Below are positions 1-14,798 of a DNA stretch of 64,000 bases, one piece after another. Within the stretch, counting starts at the first letter, position 1. Each line of letters begins with the position of its first letter. This stretch comes from Chrysomallon squamiferum (lineage: Eukaryota > Animalia > Mollusca). The stretch spans positions 24,242,001-24,306,000 of the forward strand of contig CM022670.1 in assembly GCA_012295275.1 (NCBI GenBank), in the 5' to 3' direction. A model generated the notes under the pieces. It saw only the letters and a program-made list of their open reading frames with translations. It did not search any database and was not told the origin of the DNA. Made by a program: the position numbers and the translations under genes.

Positions 1-1270
1 ACAAACTGAAAACATAAAATAAATAAAATTTCTTGAAGCGGCATACTGGAATATAAGGAGATTATAAGATTTAGAAAACTGTACAGACTACTTTGGAAAT
101 AACCGAGTTCAAATAAATCTGCACAACGCAGGCTCATACAAATCTTGAATATTGTTAGAAACACTTACAATATATTCCCTGTTATGTAGAGCTTTACAAT
201 AATAAAATACGTATGAAAACCTGTTATAAATAAGTAACGTTTTTAATTCCAACATCTTACTGAAATCTGTTTTAAATATGAATATAAGCACGCACAGATA
301 TATATAATCGTATGTACTGGACGTATTACAGTTCAGTCAGTTTGTTTGTAAATCCACAAACAAGGAAAACAAATAATATCTATCTATATATATATTTATG
401 AAATTATAATTTCGATGTTAGTAAAATAAAAATATAGACATTTGAAAGAATTTTGTTGTTGTTGTTTTTTGTTATTTGTTTTTGTCATTCGCGTTTCCTC
501 TGTTTATTAGTATTTAAAAATATTTTCCAAATCGTTATATGTGTCGAAACAACAGTTTGCCAGTAAATTTACTGCTGGTATTTAAATAATAAAAACAATA
601 ATAATTAGATGATTTTTTTCGGGTTATTTTCACCTCACCAAATAAATATGTATATAAAGCTGTAGCAATATATCGTATCGTGAACTTTAGATACATGCAG
701 ACTTTTCTTAATCAAAAATCTGAATCGCACACTAAAAGCAAAATAATATACGATATAAACACACACATATACACACACACACATACACACACACACACAC
801 ACACACATATATACATATATACACATTTATGCACATGTAAATATAAACTTTTGTATGAAATGCTACTTACGAATATATTATAAAAGAGTTTATGAAAAGG
901 AAAAAGACTTATCTATTGAATTAAAAATTTTAATAATTTGTTTCTTTGCATGGAAATGAATAAAATATATGCTTTGTACTCATCAAATGCATTTGCTTGC
1001 AATTATAGAAAAAAGAAAAGCAACATTATTTTAATACAATTTTTATTTTGTTGTATTCGTTTTGACTGATGCTATATAAAAATGTTGTACATACATACAT
1101 ACATAGAGACATACGTACATACATACATACATAAATACATACACATACAAACACACACACATACATACATATAATTAGTAAAAATTTAAAGAGGAATATT
1201 TTTTATATTATTATGTAAATTGTCTCAACAGCTGTTACTAAATCTACTTAGTAAAGTAACATAATTATTT

Positions 1271-1310
<40 letters not shown>

Positions 1311-1352
1311 CATACATACATACATATATATTAATATGCATTGATATGTGGG

Positions 1353-1398
<46 letters not shown>

Positions 1399-1948
1399 GA
1401 TTCCTGAAAATTTCGAACATTAACACATAAACACAAATAACTAGAATACCAGAATAGTATACATTATATTTATTATTCTAATAATAAATATATTTGTCAT
1501 GGATTATATATAATATGCAGTAGAATTTTAATGGAAACGAAAGGATTAGTCATATAATAATAAATAATATAATTTTTGTTTAGCATAGTGACAAGTGATT
1601 GAATGAATCAGAGGAAGCTTGTTAAGTAAAACAACATAATACTCTTTTGAGGAAATATAATAAGTAAGTAAATAAATAATTGTTTTTCTCGTAGTCATAT
1701 GATGGGATGCTTCTGACGTCCAAGGGAAGAACTGAATCATAATCTGTTAAATGGTTACTTACACCTTCGCCTTTTAGCAATACTGGTAACATAGCGAATG
1801 GCTTTTCACATACATTTCCCCATATTTCCTTTTCAGTTCGTGAAATAACAACATTCTGAAGTTAAATCATTCGTCTTCAAAACAGTTATTAATTTCGAAT
1901 ACCTTCGTATTTAAAAAAAAAATAATGGTTCCATTTTTATAATTACTG

Positions 1949-2962
1949 CTATAGGTAAGTATAACAGGGTTCTATACCAGGCCAACTGTTGCTGAAGGAC
2001 TGCGTTTGTCTGGTGTTAATGGAAGAGTTAACAGCAAACGACTGAAAACCTGGCAGTGCTGTTTGTTCTAAACGTACACCTGGGTTTGGAATTTGAAATG
2101 CACTTCCATACATCGTACCGTCACTGTCACAATTCGGAGTTCCCTGAGAGAAGTTACATGCATTCGAACTGTCCTCTGAACTCGCCGGGTACATACCAGC
2201 AAGATGTCTGTTCACTCGCGGGGACCAGTCCAAAGACGAAGGAGAAGGAGACCCACACGTGTAGCGATCTGAGGAGTCTGAGAAAGAGTTCGGGCTGCAA
2301 GTATCAACGCTTCCTGGCGTGCTGGCAGAATCCCTGTGTTGATCTTGCCACGAACCAGAAAGTAGTTCATTCAGTTCGTTGTGTCCCAGAATCGATTCCA
2401 GAGTGTCTGTGGGTAAAGTGGGACAATGTCCACTGGTCTCGTAACCTATCATCCCGAAAGGGTTAGGTAATAACAATGGCGGCACGGAACTGTCGCCGTC
2501 GTAACAGTCTTCGTGATTTCTGAGGGGCTCCGTGAAAAACGATGCAGGTAACTTTCTCGATCTCATCGGTTGTTTAGGTCCGCATGGAACTTTAGACGAT
2601 TCAGAACAACACTTGTCATGAAGGGTTCTGGGATCGAACAGCGCCTGCAACGACTTGATCTGGAGTCCGATCTGAGACGATTCTTTTCTCGATGATTTGC
2701 AGTTGCCACCGTGTGTTTTCAGATCTCCCGCCTTCGTGTCGCAGCCGCCTTTAGGTGACGTGCCGCAGCGCTTCAGCTGTTTCTGTAAATACTTCCTGTG
2801 GTTGACTTTCCTCTTTGACTTCGAAGGGCGATCTAAGGCCATCTTTATGTTGCTGGACGCCATGTCAACAAAATTCAACAAACTCGCCGTGTCGTCGTCC
2901 TCGTTGCTGACGTTTTGCGCCATTACGGAGTGGATGGTTTGTGCTTGCAGAACATTTGTCAT
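1949..2962 (-). CDS. FAM181: FAM181-family protein, 337 aa, single coding exon
   Basis: The N-terminal block [38 protein letters not shown] is the FAM181 signature. It is followed by an LxxLF helix (LQALF, 2636-2650), a TEAD-binding omega-loop-like motif [15 protein letters not shown] (2525-2569) and a Ser/Pro-rich C-terminus. The start could be the second Met (MAQNVS). Confidence 0.93.
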   Translation of the reverse strand: MTNVLQAQTIHSVMAQNVSNEDDDTASLLNFVDMASSNIKMALDRPSKSKRKVNHRKYLQKQLKRCGTSPKGGCDTKAGDLKTHGGNCKSSRKESSQIGLQIKSLQALFDPRTLHDKCCSESSKVPCGPKQPMRSRKLPASFFTEPLRNHEDCYDGDSSVPPLLLPNPFGMIGYETSGHCPTLPTDTLESILGHNELNELLSGSWQDQHRDSASTPGSVDTCSPNSFSDSSDRYTCGSPSPSSLDWSPRVNRHLAGMYPASSEDSSNACNFSQGTPNCDSDGTMYGSAFQIPNPGVRLEQTALPGFQSFAVNSSINTRQTQSFSNSWPGIEPCYTYL

Positions 2963-3399
2963 CCTTGAGTTACTGAATAGTTAAACAACAGCACAAAACA
3001 CTAAACGTCAAAGTTTTGCTCCTGTTTAAATGTCAGAAAACAAACTACTGTCGTTAACTAAAGACACACTGGTACCCGACTGAAAAATATCTAAAAAAAT
3101 ACTTCATTCAGAACAAATCTGAATATAAAACGACGTAACGATAGTTAAGTTATTTGTCAAAACCACAGCTGTTTTAAGATGCAATAAATATTTTAGACAA
3201 AAAAATTTGTTTCGTCTTTTATTTATTTATTAATTTTTTTTTTTTTTTCTGAAAGACTCCCGTGATTCTGTTAATAAATATTCATCAGTTTATTATTCAA
3301 GGCCAACAAAATATCTCAAACTTTCCGACTGTTGAATTTTCTGTAGTCTTAACAATTGCAGTGGACGAATAAACAATCTTTGTGATGGTATGAAAGAAA

Positions 3400-4330
3400 A
3401 AGAAAAATAACGCAACGGTAACGATATTCTTCTCGTGTGAGAGAATTAGATACAGCTCGTCCTAATCCTCGTCCACGAATCGATTGCCGAAACAGCACAG
3501 ACCTCCTACGTGGTCACACAGCGTTCAGGTGTGCTAGTCAGTCGGCAGAACGTGTGTTATTGTGTCTGCTATGTCCAGGTCTGCGTGGAAAACCAAACAT
3601 TTTCTACAAACACGGATTTACATAGTCAAGAGCTGGTTCCGGTCTTGTGCACTCATTTCTAATGGAAGAACTGCTCGGCTTTTTGCACGCGACGTCAAAG
3701 GCTTTCGTCATGTGACGGCAATAATATCGTCTGCTACAAGTTTTTATGCTTTTGTGGGTGTGGCCGAGATGTGTTGGAAATCTTAAGGGGTGGTCCTCGG
3801 AGTTGAAAAGATTATTTCAGTACTCGTCGTAGAAGGTTTTTGCCGTTATATCGCTTAGCTTCTAACATAATGGATTCGCCCATAATTCAGCGTAAAGACA
3901 CTTTTGAACGGCACGTCGTAAAGTTAATAGCGCCACAGAGCAGAAAAGCCGAGGACCTTACAGAGAAACAGTGACTTTCGGTAGAAAACGCGGACAAAAA
4001 AACTCATGAGCTGTTTGGCCGCGCAAAGTGCCATAAACTTAGAGAAAAGCACGAACCAGCGTTTTGTGTGATTGCTATAAAAGTTCGTTCGTCCAGTGGC
4101 AAAACTTGTGATAGCTGCCTTTTCTCAGCGGGAATCGACGTCTGTTTATGACAGAGACGACAACTACGAAATATATTTTGGGGGGTTTCGTTTTAAAATC
4201 ATCGTTAAGTTACAGTTATTAACTCTTACGCACTTGGCGATATTGCACAGAAAGTGAACCTGATGCACTCTAAAATGAAGTATGAACTGACGCCAGTGTT
4301 GTTTGTGTACCATTTCGAGAACATACTTTA
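3400..4330 (-). promoter_or_regulatory. CpG-rich putative promoter/proximal regulatory region of FAM181
   Basis: GC- and CpG-rich island directly upstream of the ORF in an AT-rich background. Contains GACGTCA (~3691), palindromic GTCATGTGAC (3707-3716) and TTTATGACAG (~4145). TSS not determined. Confidence 0.5.
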
Positions 4331-4963
4331 TTGACTTAGTTATTTTGCGATTACGTTGTAATAAATAACGAAAATGTCCATAAGACCTCCCGGTGAAATA
4401 TAATTAAATTTATGCCTAACAACCAAACCAAACAAGCATAATTACAATGTCGTCACAGGAAATAACAAATATTTAACTGATCCAATAAATAACATAATGG
4501 TTATAATAAAAAGTATGGAAGGTGCTAAAATACTTCTTAGCCGATTGAATTCATTCCACCTCTGTTTATGGTAGAAGATATTTACAGCGCATTTCTCACC
4601 GTTTTTCTTGTTAGTTTACTCCTTTAAAAAATAGATGTTTAATATAAACACACGAGATATTTTGTATCTCAATAAAATAACATTCTAACATTAATTATTT
4701 TGTTGTATATATAAATATATATGTCTAAAATTAATTTGGATTTTTTTTTTTTACTGTTTGCTAAAGCTATATTTTATACATGCAGCAAAAGGGTTATTAG
4801 GAAGATAGACGATTTAAAGATTACAACAAGAACGTATGTTTTATAGTAAATTGGAACAAAAAATAAATACACGGAATATATCTCATGAAAATATAAATAA
4901 TGCATGCATAAAATATACCGGTATGGGTGTGTGAACAAAATCACACACACACACATACACATA

Positions 4964-5083
<120 letters not shown>

Positions 5084-5953
5084 GTGTGGGTATTATTATT
5101 ATTATTATTATTATTTGTGATCGTGATAGTTTTAAGAATGACTTCCCTCTTTTCAGTCTATTTTTACTTTAACCTTTCTGCACCTGACATAAAACTTTGA
5201 ATGCGCCCGCATCACAAACCGAATTACGAAATTAACTTTATTATTTCATGTTACTGTATGGAAACTGAAAGTTAAGCTTAAAGGAAATAGATAAAGAGCA
5301 TTATTTAATAATAAAACAGCTAAAAAAAAACCTTTGGAACTGTCATTTCGAAGTGCTGGTAAATCAATGATCTGTTGTCGCGAAAATTATTATTATTATT
5401 ATTATTATTTATTATTATCATTATTATATTATTGTTGTTGTTGTTGTTGTTACTGTTATTTATTTATTTATCAATTATTTATACACATGCATTTCCTTTT
5501 CTTTTCTTATTTTTTTTTTTTTTTGATTTCTAAATTACAGTCAGTGATACAGAAGACAACAATCGATATCTGTTATGATAAATATTTTAAATTAAAATAA
5601 ATTAATAATCTTCGGAATGATTGTGTACCATCAGGGGCGTGCAGAAGTTTCCTGATACCCCGGGGCCAACTCCTTAATTGTATACACCCCCGCTCCAAGA
5701 CTCAAGTACAGGGCCTAGTACTCAGAAATGTGAGAAAGGAAAGACATCTTACGTGTGTAAAATTAATAAATTAAACTCCTTATTCAAAATAAATATAAAT
5801 TGTCCACATTAATCTCGTTCGATGCCTAAAATTAAATCTCCTGCCAAACAAGATTTGGAATACTTCGTTTTTTTTTCTTCTGATGACAGGAATTTTATTC
5901 AGTGCTGATTAAAAATAATCAGTCGCTTTTGTGACATGGAAGACTTCAAATAA

Positions 5954-5985
<32 letters not shown>

Positions 5986-6473
5986 TTTTATTTATTAATT
6001 TCAGCTTTGAAAATGACCTTTCCCAAATTGCTGTTGAAAATGCGACAATAAGCAGTGGTGTATGTTAAAACACGGACACACAATTAACACCAGCTCGAGC
6101 AATGTATCCAACGAATTAACTGAAATAAATTCAAAAAAAATTTCAAAAAAAAAAAACCCCGTCATTTTAGTTTTACGGTTTGATTGGATGCCCTCCTGAT
6201 TCTAATAGAAAATAACAGTACTAACGGTAGTAAGATTATTTTATTTTTATTTATTTGTCTCTGTTATAATAATATACCTTTCTAATTAGACTCCGTAATT
6301 GTGATTTTGCATACAGGGATACAAATATCAGTTCAGTGAGTAGTTTTGCCAGAAAATATGAGTAAGTTTTTTATAATTAAACTTTATTGAAATAAATTGT
6401 ATTCATGAAGTACAAACTGTCTTCAAAATAATACGTTTATTGTAAACAATTAAACTAATGATTCTTTTAATAC

Positions 6474-6510
<37 letters not shown>

Positions 6511-6794
6511 ATTTATTGTTATTATTATTATTAGTTTTAACTGTATTTAAAATTAAGCATTTTCTCCGTATAATAATATGCATGGACACTTTTTTCTTTT
6601 CTTTCATTTCTTACAATCTGCGTACTTCATAACGAACATGTACGAATATCTTTCTTATCCGTTATGTCTAGCTGTATTTAACGGTATTTTATGAGGGATA
6701 CGCTTGAAATTAAAACAATTACTCATTTTAATAGTCATTAAATCTCATTTTGATTATCTACGCCCTCAAATTAGCCTGGAAATCTTTACGTTTT

Positions 6795-6834
<40 letters not shown>

Positions 6835-7346
6835 CTCTGCCTACAGAGAGAGAAACAAAACGCCCGGGTGAGGTGAAATGATATTATGAGTTCTAAATGG
6901 ATCCTTTGACGAAACATTATCACCTTTAACTGGACGCTAGCATCAAATCCGAGCAAATTACGGCTTTGCTTTTATCTCTCACTGTCTTTGGTGTCGCCGC
7001 GTTTAAAGAGACGCTTTGCTTGATTGAGTCAATCAAAAGAAGTCGCCTCTTTAGACCCCTCAGAAAAAAGGTATTATTTTATTTACACCTCCCTCGATCT
7101 TGCCAAAAAAGATGTAATTCCTTGGCGATCAAAGGAAGACTGTATTTGACTTGGAGCTTTTATTGGGTGTGAACCGAGTAATGAGAGTAGCACCTGAAAT
7201 GACCCGTAAAACTGGCTGTTCACCCGTTCCGATTTTCTCTCATTTAAATATCATTACAGGCACTTATTTTTTTTTTTTTTTTCATTTTTTGTACGAGTTC
7301 GTCTTCATTTACTAATTTTTAAATTTAGTGATGGTTTTGTTTTTTA

Positions 7347-7397
<51 letters not shown>

Positions 7398-8888
7398 CAT
7401 AATAATAATTTTTTCTTAAAAATGAATCAAGTTGAATCAAAGAAAGAAAGAAAAACATAGTTAATTACGGTATTAGAAAACTGAGTATAACAAAGATTTC
7501 TCAACTTCTTTTTTTTTCTTCAGTTTGTATATATATATATATATATGTGTTGTTTTTTGTTTGTTTTGTGTGTGTGTTTTTGTGTTTAATATCAGCCATC
7601 ACATTATACTGACTTTAAGAAGATGTTAACAGCTCTGTATTGTGTTATTATGTTAATATTAATGCATGTTTGAATATCGAATATCTCCTCTGTAACGTAG
7701 CGTTCTGAAGTATAATCAACATACACTATACACAGATAAACACAAAATTCTCTGAACGGTCTCCCACCATTCATTCTTCTTTTCTTTCTTTTTTTTCTAC
7801 CTCTTTTTCCACCATGCAAACATAAAACATCATTTACGTTAAAAAAAATAAATCATATTATTAATATTTACAGATAAAATAAATCTTTATGTAGTGAAAG
7901 AACGCGAGATAAAAACATCTCTCGATGTTCGTTCATTACTAAATGATCTAAACTGCTTTTTCTTTTCCATACAAAACAGAAATGTTGAAATTGTCTGTAA
8001 CTGGTTAATGGTAATAATAATCGTTACAAAATCAGTGGACCAGTGGCTTTTTTGTACTTGTTCTTTGAGTGTATTGCAGTGCTGAACTGATACAAGACTT
8101 GGCTGAATGGCGTCAGGTATAATACAAGACTTCGTTCGCTTTTTAACACATCTGTGGTGCTACTGTCCTCACTCGACCGTTTTCCAAACACGGGTTATTC
8201 TGTGTAACGGTATTTAGTACAATATAATGGACGAACGCTGAAAAACGAGTTATTAATGCCGATTTAACAACTTACTCAACCAAACATGTTGATACACAGA
8301 ATGAGAAGTGTTAAATATACATTAATGGATAAAAGTTTTATTATTTATTTTTTAATTTTATGTAATCAGTTTTAAAAAGGATAACCGCAAATAAAAAAAT
8401 ATTAAAAAAAATTAATAGAAAATATTACTCATAACTTTAACAAAGGTTTTATTTTTCCTGTTTCTTCGTCTATTTGTTCTTCTTGTTATTGCTGCTGTTG
8501 CTGTTGTTGTTGTTGTTGTTGTTAATAGTAGTAGGCGGAGAAGGATTATGTTAGTATCAATGTCGTATTTACGCTGTAAGAACGTCCCATCTAATAAAAC
8601 GTGTTATTACGCTGAGCGTGATCTCGGTTTATGTCGTTGTTTACTGTTCACGTTAGAATATCGCTCGACATAAAGACTGGCGAGAGACCAATTAAAAATA
8701 ACAGCGATGCGAACATGCCGAAACTGCTGTATTTTAATGCGTGGTCATAATACATGTATTCATTCACAGAGACATTCAAAACAAGATGTAATAGCGAAAT
8801 GATAGGGAAAATAAAAATTATTTTTCTTCTTCTTGTTGTTGTTCTTAATTTTGTTGATGACGTTAGTTGCCTTTAAAATGTTATTCTG

Positions 8889-8920
<32 letters not shown>

Positions 8921-8970
8921 CCTAATTCGTATTACTACGACGTTTTGGTTACAACTGTCATTACTGTTGC

Positions 8971-9001
<31 letters not shown>

Positions 9002-9283
9002 CTGGAAGAAATAAAGACTGAAATTCTGAAAATAATTCTGTGGTAAATAAATGAATAAACAATTCAATTAATTAAATAGAGAATGATAATTTCGAATCAT
9101 TATCAAAACTGTTTTATTGTTATTAATGAACCATATACATAGTTTATTTTAATTATTCAAACAGTAGCTTTGTGTAATTTGTAAACTTTCAGGCGTAAAA
9201 TATTTGTCTGATATAATATCTTCGTTTATACTTGAATATTTCATAAAAATTGTATATGTGTATTGGTAACATACAACACCCCC

Positions 9284-9362
<79 letters not shown>
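9284..9362. repeat. compound (CA)n(GA)n microsatellite
   Basis: Read directly. Confidence 0.95.
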
Positions 9363-9364
<2 letters not shown>

Positions 9365-10039
9365 TAAAAATCTTAAAACTGTTTCTAACAGATAACAAAA
9401 TACAAAAAAAGGAAAGAAATCAAATAAAACATTCAGCCATGTTTAAGATAGGAAGTAATAACATGTATCAAACTGGGAACTTGGATAATAAAGAAAACAG
9501 AAAAATTCCCGTTACAGTGAAAGAAGTATCAAAGTCCTATTAATTATTTCCGGCTACGAAATAAAGAGATTTTAAAAACACAGCAATAATTTTTAACCTA
9601 GCGGAAAAAAATAAAATAAATAATAATAATAATAAACGTGAAACAAACATGTAGTGAATATATTTCCCTCCTAACAATGAAAGAATGTTTTCTGTTACAA
9701 TGCGTGTATCAACGGTACATCGTTTTTATGCATTAATGGACGCCCGCGATTTGTTAGAATAATATTAAAAGTGACAAGACAAAATAAAACAATAAATAAA
9801 ATATCGTCATAAATGGAAGTCATTGCATGGAACAAATTATTAAGATCTTTCCTGCTCAGAGCGTGCTGGGACTTCCCTCTGTGACTTCTATAACACTGTA
9901 AGACAAAACAAAACTGTTCAAACATGAAACAAAGCAAAGCAAAACATCACCAAGCTGCCATAAACGGTTAACCAAAAAAAACAACAAAAAAATAAATAAT
10001 AAATAATAAAAATATAAATTTTAAAAATAAAATAAAATA

Positions 10040-10132
<93 letters not shown>
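10040..10132. repeat. (AAT)n microsatellite
   Basis: Read directly. Confidence 0.95.
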
Positions 10133-10383
10133 CGGTATCTGTAGCCGTGATACTTGGTTTTTTAAAGGATGTAATATTGTTAATTCTGCATCTGTTCTGA
10201 CTTGAACCGAGGACGTTGTGCGGCGCCGTATGCGACTTTGTTCAGTCTTGTAGAAACCTGTCACAGGTTGACTTTATTATCTGCTTTTAACGGTCGACAG
10301 TATAAAACATACAACAGCATAACTTTTATGTGTTCTGGCAAATACAACGACAATAACATGTTATTTTTTTCTGTTATTTATAT

Positions 10384-10491
<108 letters not shown>

Positions 10492-11620
10492 TAAAATAAA
10501 ATAAAAATAACGATAGAAATAAACAGGTATCCAAAGAGATAGAGATTAAAAAAAAAATAATAATAATTATAAGAACATAATGTAAAAGATTAATAAAACT
10601 TACAGAGAGATATAACCCTTTACTGTATGTTTGTATGTGTATGGATATGTATATATATATATGTATATATGTATGTATGTATTATGGATGTATGAACGTA
10701 TGTGTGTGTGCACATATATACCTGTATGCATATGAATACGTGTATACATTCATTACTATAGGTATGCAAGCATGTATGTATGTATCTATTTTTATTTAAA
10801 CAATATCTCTATACGTATACAAGTATGTGTAAAGATAAGTGTGTCTGTATGTTTTTAATATATGAGTTTGTGTATGATTTTACATATAAATGTCTGTGAT
10901 GTATGATCGTACAGATGTCGAACCTGTTAATAAAAAACAAAACAAAGAAACAAAAATGAAATATATTTGTGCATATGTACATTTAGATGTGTGTCCACAA
11001 GAAAATATTTTTACAAACGGGAAATATTCAAACACGAATCTCTCTCTTCTCAACCATGTCCAAAAGTAGCCATCATCCGAGGGCATTAAAATATCCTTTC
11101 TGTGACTTTTATTTTTGGTGATCGGAGATGCGTGACGGTAAACATGTAGGTTTTGTTAGTATATCAGGAAAGAATACGGCTTATACTCGGTGATTTTCTC
11201 AACAAGAGACAAAACAAAACAAAAAAAAGAAGTGAGGGAGGAGTTTTGTGGAAAAACTGCCGTGAGAAAGTTGACGTTTTTCTACAACGATTTGTCAAAT
11301 ACTTGATGGAAACGATACGAGTGTTACATTCGACAGTTTGCGTGTTTGCTTTGAACTATTCAGTAAGTCAGATTACTATAAGTCTTGAAATTTTGCACGT
11401 TAGTTAAAATGATTCATACCAACAAAATTCCATAAAAATAAATAAATAAATAAATATAATAATAAGAAGAAGAAAAGAAGAAGAAGAAGTAGAAAAGAAG
11501 AAGAAAAACATGAATAAAAAACTGAACAAGTAAATAAATATTATACACTGTTTAATAATAAATATGTCCTTCTTTATTAACTATTCTTCCACTATTAAAA
11601 AGCTACTTCTACTGCTACTA

Positions 11621-11740
11621 TTTCTGCTGTTACTACCTCTGTATTTACTACTTCTGCTGATACTACCTCTATATTTACTACTTCTGCTGATACTACCTCT
11701 ATATTTACTACTTCTGCTGTTACTACCTCTATGTTTACTA
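11621..11740. repeat. 30-bp minisatellite, about 4 copies
   Basis: Unit cttctgctg(a/t)tactacctctatatttacta repeats with 30-bp period inside a CTA/CTG-rich tract. Confidence 0.85.
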
Positions 11741-12615
11741 GACTGCTGTTACTACTGTTACTAGACTGCTGTTATTACTATACCTACTTCTAGTTTTACT
11801 ATTTCTGCCTCAGCAAATTTACTATTTCTGATGCTGCTGTTAATACTTCTTCTACAACCATTACCACCATCACCACAACCACTACTACTACTATTACTGC
11901 TGTTACTACTACTATTACTACTAATAATAATATCTTCAAATATTAATAAAAGTTCGAAAAAATAAATTATTTTATTAATTTTGTTAAATATTCAGACTTG
12001 TTAATAATGCTTTAAGTAATAGCAAATGGAAAAAAAAAAAAAAAAACTATTTGTCTGTATAAATTTATATAGAAAATATTTGTATCTATCTATACAAATT
12101 TAGTACCATCTGTATCCATATAACACAACTATCTATATTTCCCTATATATATATTAATGCACCCTATCTATATTTTTCTATATAAATTTCGTATAACCTC
12201 TCTATAACAATTTAATATTAAAAAGAACAAAAACAAATTATTTATATTTCTAAATATACGATTTAAAATCCTGTTCGGAAATTACCAAAGTAAAATGAAA
12301 AATCTAGTTAAAATTGTAAAAACCGTAGAGTCACGACTGTATGAAAAAAAAAGGTCTGTGTCAGATACGATTACTTAAAAGACCGAGACTCATAAAAACT
12401 GACACTGATGTTAAATTTAAAAGATGAAAGAGGAGTGTTGGAAGAACTTTAAAATGTTGATGACTGTTCGGCGCGGCAGTAGCTGTCAGGAGGAACAAGG
12501 AATCAAATAAAACATTCATAAACTCATCAGGGTGCGTTTCCTTTATAACCTACGACTCATAAAGACCGGCCAAAACAGCTCTGATATAAAGTGGTTAAAT
12601 AAATAAATTAAAAAA

Positions 12616-12650
<35 letters not shown>

Positions 12651-14767
12651 GTTAAATAAAACTCCTGAGTTTTCCCAACTGAACACGCTTTAGGGTAATT
12701 GACAATACAACCTTAAAATATCATCACCATCATCATCATCATCATCATCATTATTGTTAAGAACACAGCCTGTACAGCCACCATCACCAAAATTAATATA
12801 CTACTGTTAGTGTCAGTAGATTACGCAATTGCAGTACTAGTAATAATAGTAATAGTAGTAGTAATAGTAATAGCATCAGTAGTATATATATATATAGCAT
12901 AATACATAGCGAAATAAAACAACGTTATTGTACGGTTAACAGAATGCTGTTTGTTTTGAAATACGAGTTATACCGGCTCATTGGTGAACTGGTTGACCGT
13001 GTCCAAGTCAAACAAACAACGAGCCTCCACCTAGAAACCCGCCGCAATAGCCATTACTTCTCCTGTTAACTCCGTATAACAAAGCTATGAATTACAAATG
13101 AGTTAACGTGAATTATAAAATTAAATATTTTACTCTTCTGTTAACGTCAAAGAGATTTTTATTTCTTGGTTTCTTTGGCTGGACCTTTGAAAAATTATTT
13201 TGCTTAAAAAAAAAGTTTTTACGTGACTTTATAATAATGTGTTCTTGTATTTATTTATTTATTATTTTTAATATATTGTAATTACAGAGTTTGAGAGAGG
13301 CAATGGTGAGTTTATAGCCAGTTGGTAAAGTCACAGAAATCAGATTAAGGATTGTTAGTGATAAATAAAATCTAATAATTTGAAAGAAAAAGAAAAAAAT
13401 TATGTATCTTTACTTTTCATTACAGAATCTGTTGTCTGGAACAGTTAATTATTGTTAAATGATATAAAAATTGTTTTTATTGTATTCATAAGCAGTTAAC
13501 CAGACATTCGAAATATCAAACAGGACTTGTAACTCTGAATGTCTACAGCAACAGAGCATTTTAAGCGCTAATATTTATAATCCTCTTAATAAATTAATAG
13601 CTGCTGCTATAATTTATTATACTAATTTCATTTTGGTTTATTCGATTTGAAGTAAATAATACAAAAGGCATAATACTTTCTTTCTTTTTTTTAAATACAT
13701 CCAGCTCAATAAAGTAAATAAAATTGTTTATTTGCTATGAAAATGTCACAAAAGGATACTGTAATAATTTTTGTTTTTTTCCGATGGTCTTTATGTCTGT
13801 GAAATCGTATTTCAAAAATTAATTAATTTATTAATTATTTATTCATTCATTCAGTAGACTTCGTGCTTATTTTCACGTATTTGTTTTATGCCAATAATAC
13901 TTTTATAATGTGAAGTGTGAGCATGACCTTCTGTGTGGGAGGGTGTGCTTTGGAATCGTAATATATTTCAGAATCCGCAACAGCGTGTGTCATTATTTGT
14001 GAGAAAAGAAATCCAACGCATTTACTTCAGGACGCAGAGAACGAAAATAATGTTTTCGCAAAGATATGAATGGTCGTAGTATTATTCAGCCTAATTCAGT
14101 ATTTCCACAACAAAGACTGGAAGCTCATGCTAACATTGTGATGTGCTTTTGTCCAAGTGACATGAAACAGGTAATAATAAATTTGGATGTGAATCCAATT
14201 CAATAAAACATCTTATCATCCCGTATTTGCCAACACTTGATGTTCAATGGACGCATTCGTCTGTATTTCCGTTATATAATGTAGAGCTTAAGTGATTTCT
14301 AAGCGCCAAGCATCTTACATTATATTGTCAGTCAAAACTACTGTATTTACTCTTTCCCCTCGACACTTATAAAGACGAAAATGTGTTGTATAGAACCCCA
14401 GCGTCAATAGACTGCTTTTGGAAAAATATTTTTATTTGATGCTCTTTCAATAGCCTATACATATCATACATTTTTATTTTTTTATTTTTTAGTCTTATTA
14501 TTATTAATACTTTTTTTCTTGTTAAAATAACAAATTAAAAAGTTTATTATTATTATTATTATTATTATTATTTTTTTTATTATTATTACTTTTTGTTTCA
14601 CACTGATAAAACAATAAATTCTTAAAATTAACTTAATGTATATTTTTAAAATGAATAATTACCACTTAATGGAAATTTACGAAATCTTACAGACTTTTTC
14701 CTTAAAAAACTGTTAACAAAAGAGATTTAGTTGCACTTCCACAAAAATATTTTGATTAGTTTTAAAT

Positions 14768-14798
<31 letters not shown>

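Noticed and set aside
2056-2984. Plus-strand ORFs of 136 and 95 aa overlapping FAM181
   Set aside because: Antisense shadows of a GC-richer coding region with no recognisable domain.
5632-5720. CAGGGGCGTGCAGA start resembling a MITE terminus
   Set aside because: No matching inverted end or TSD found nearby.
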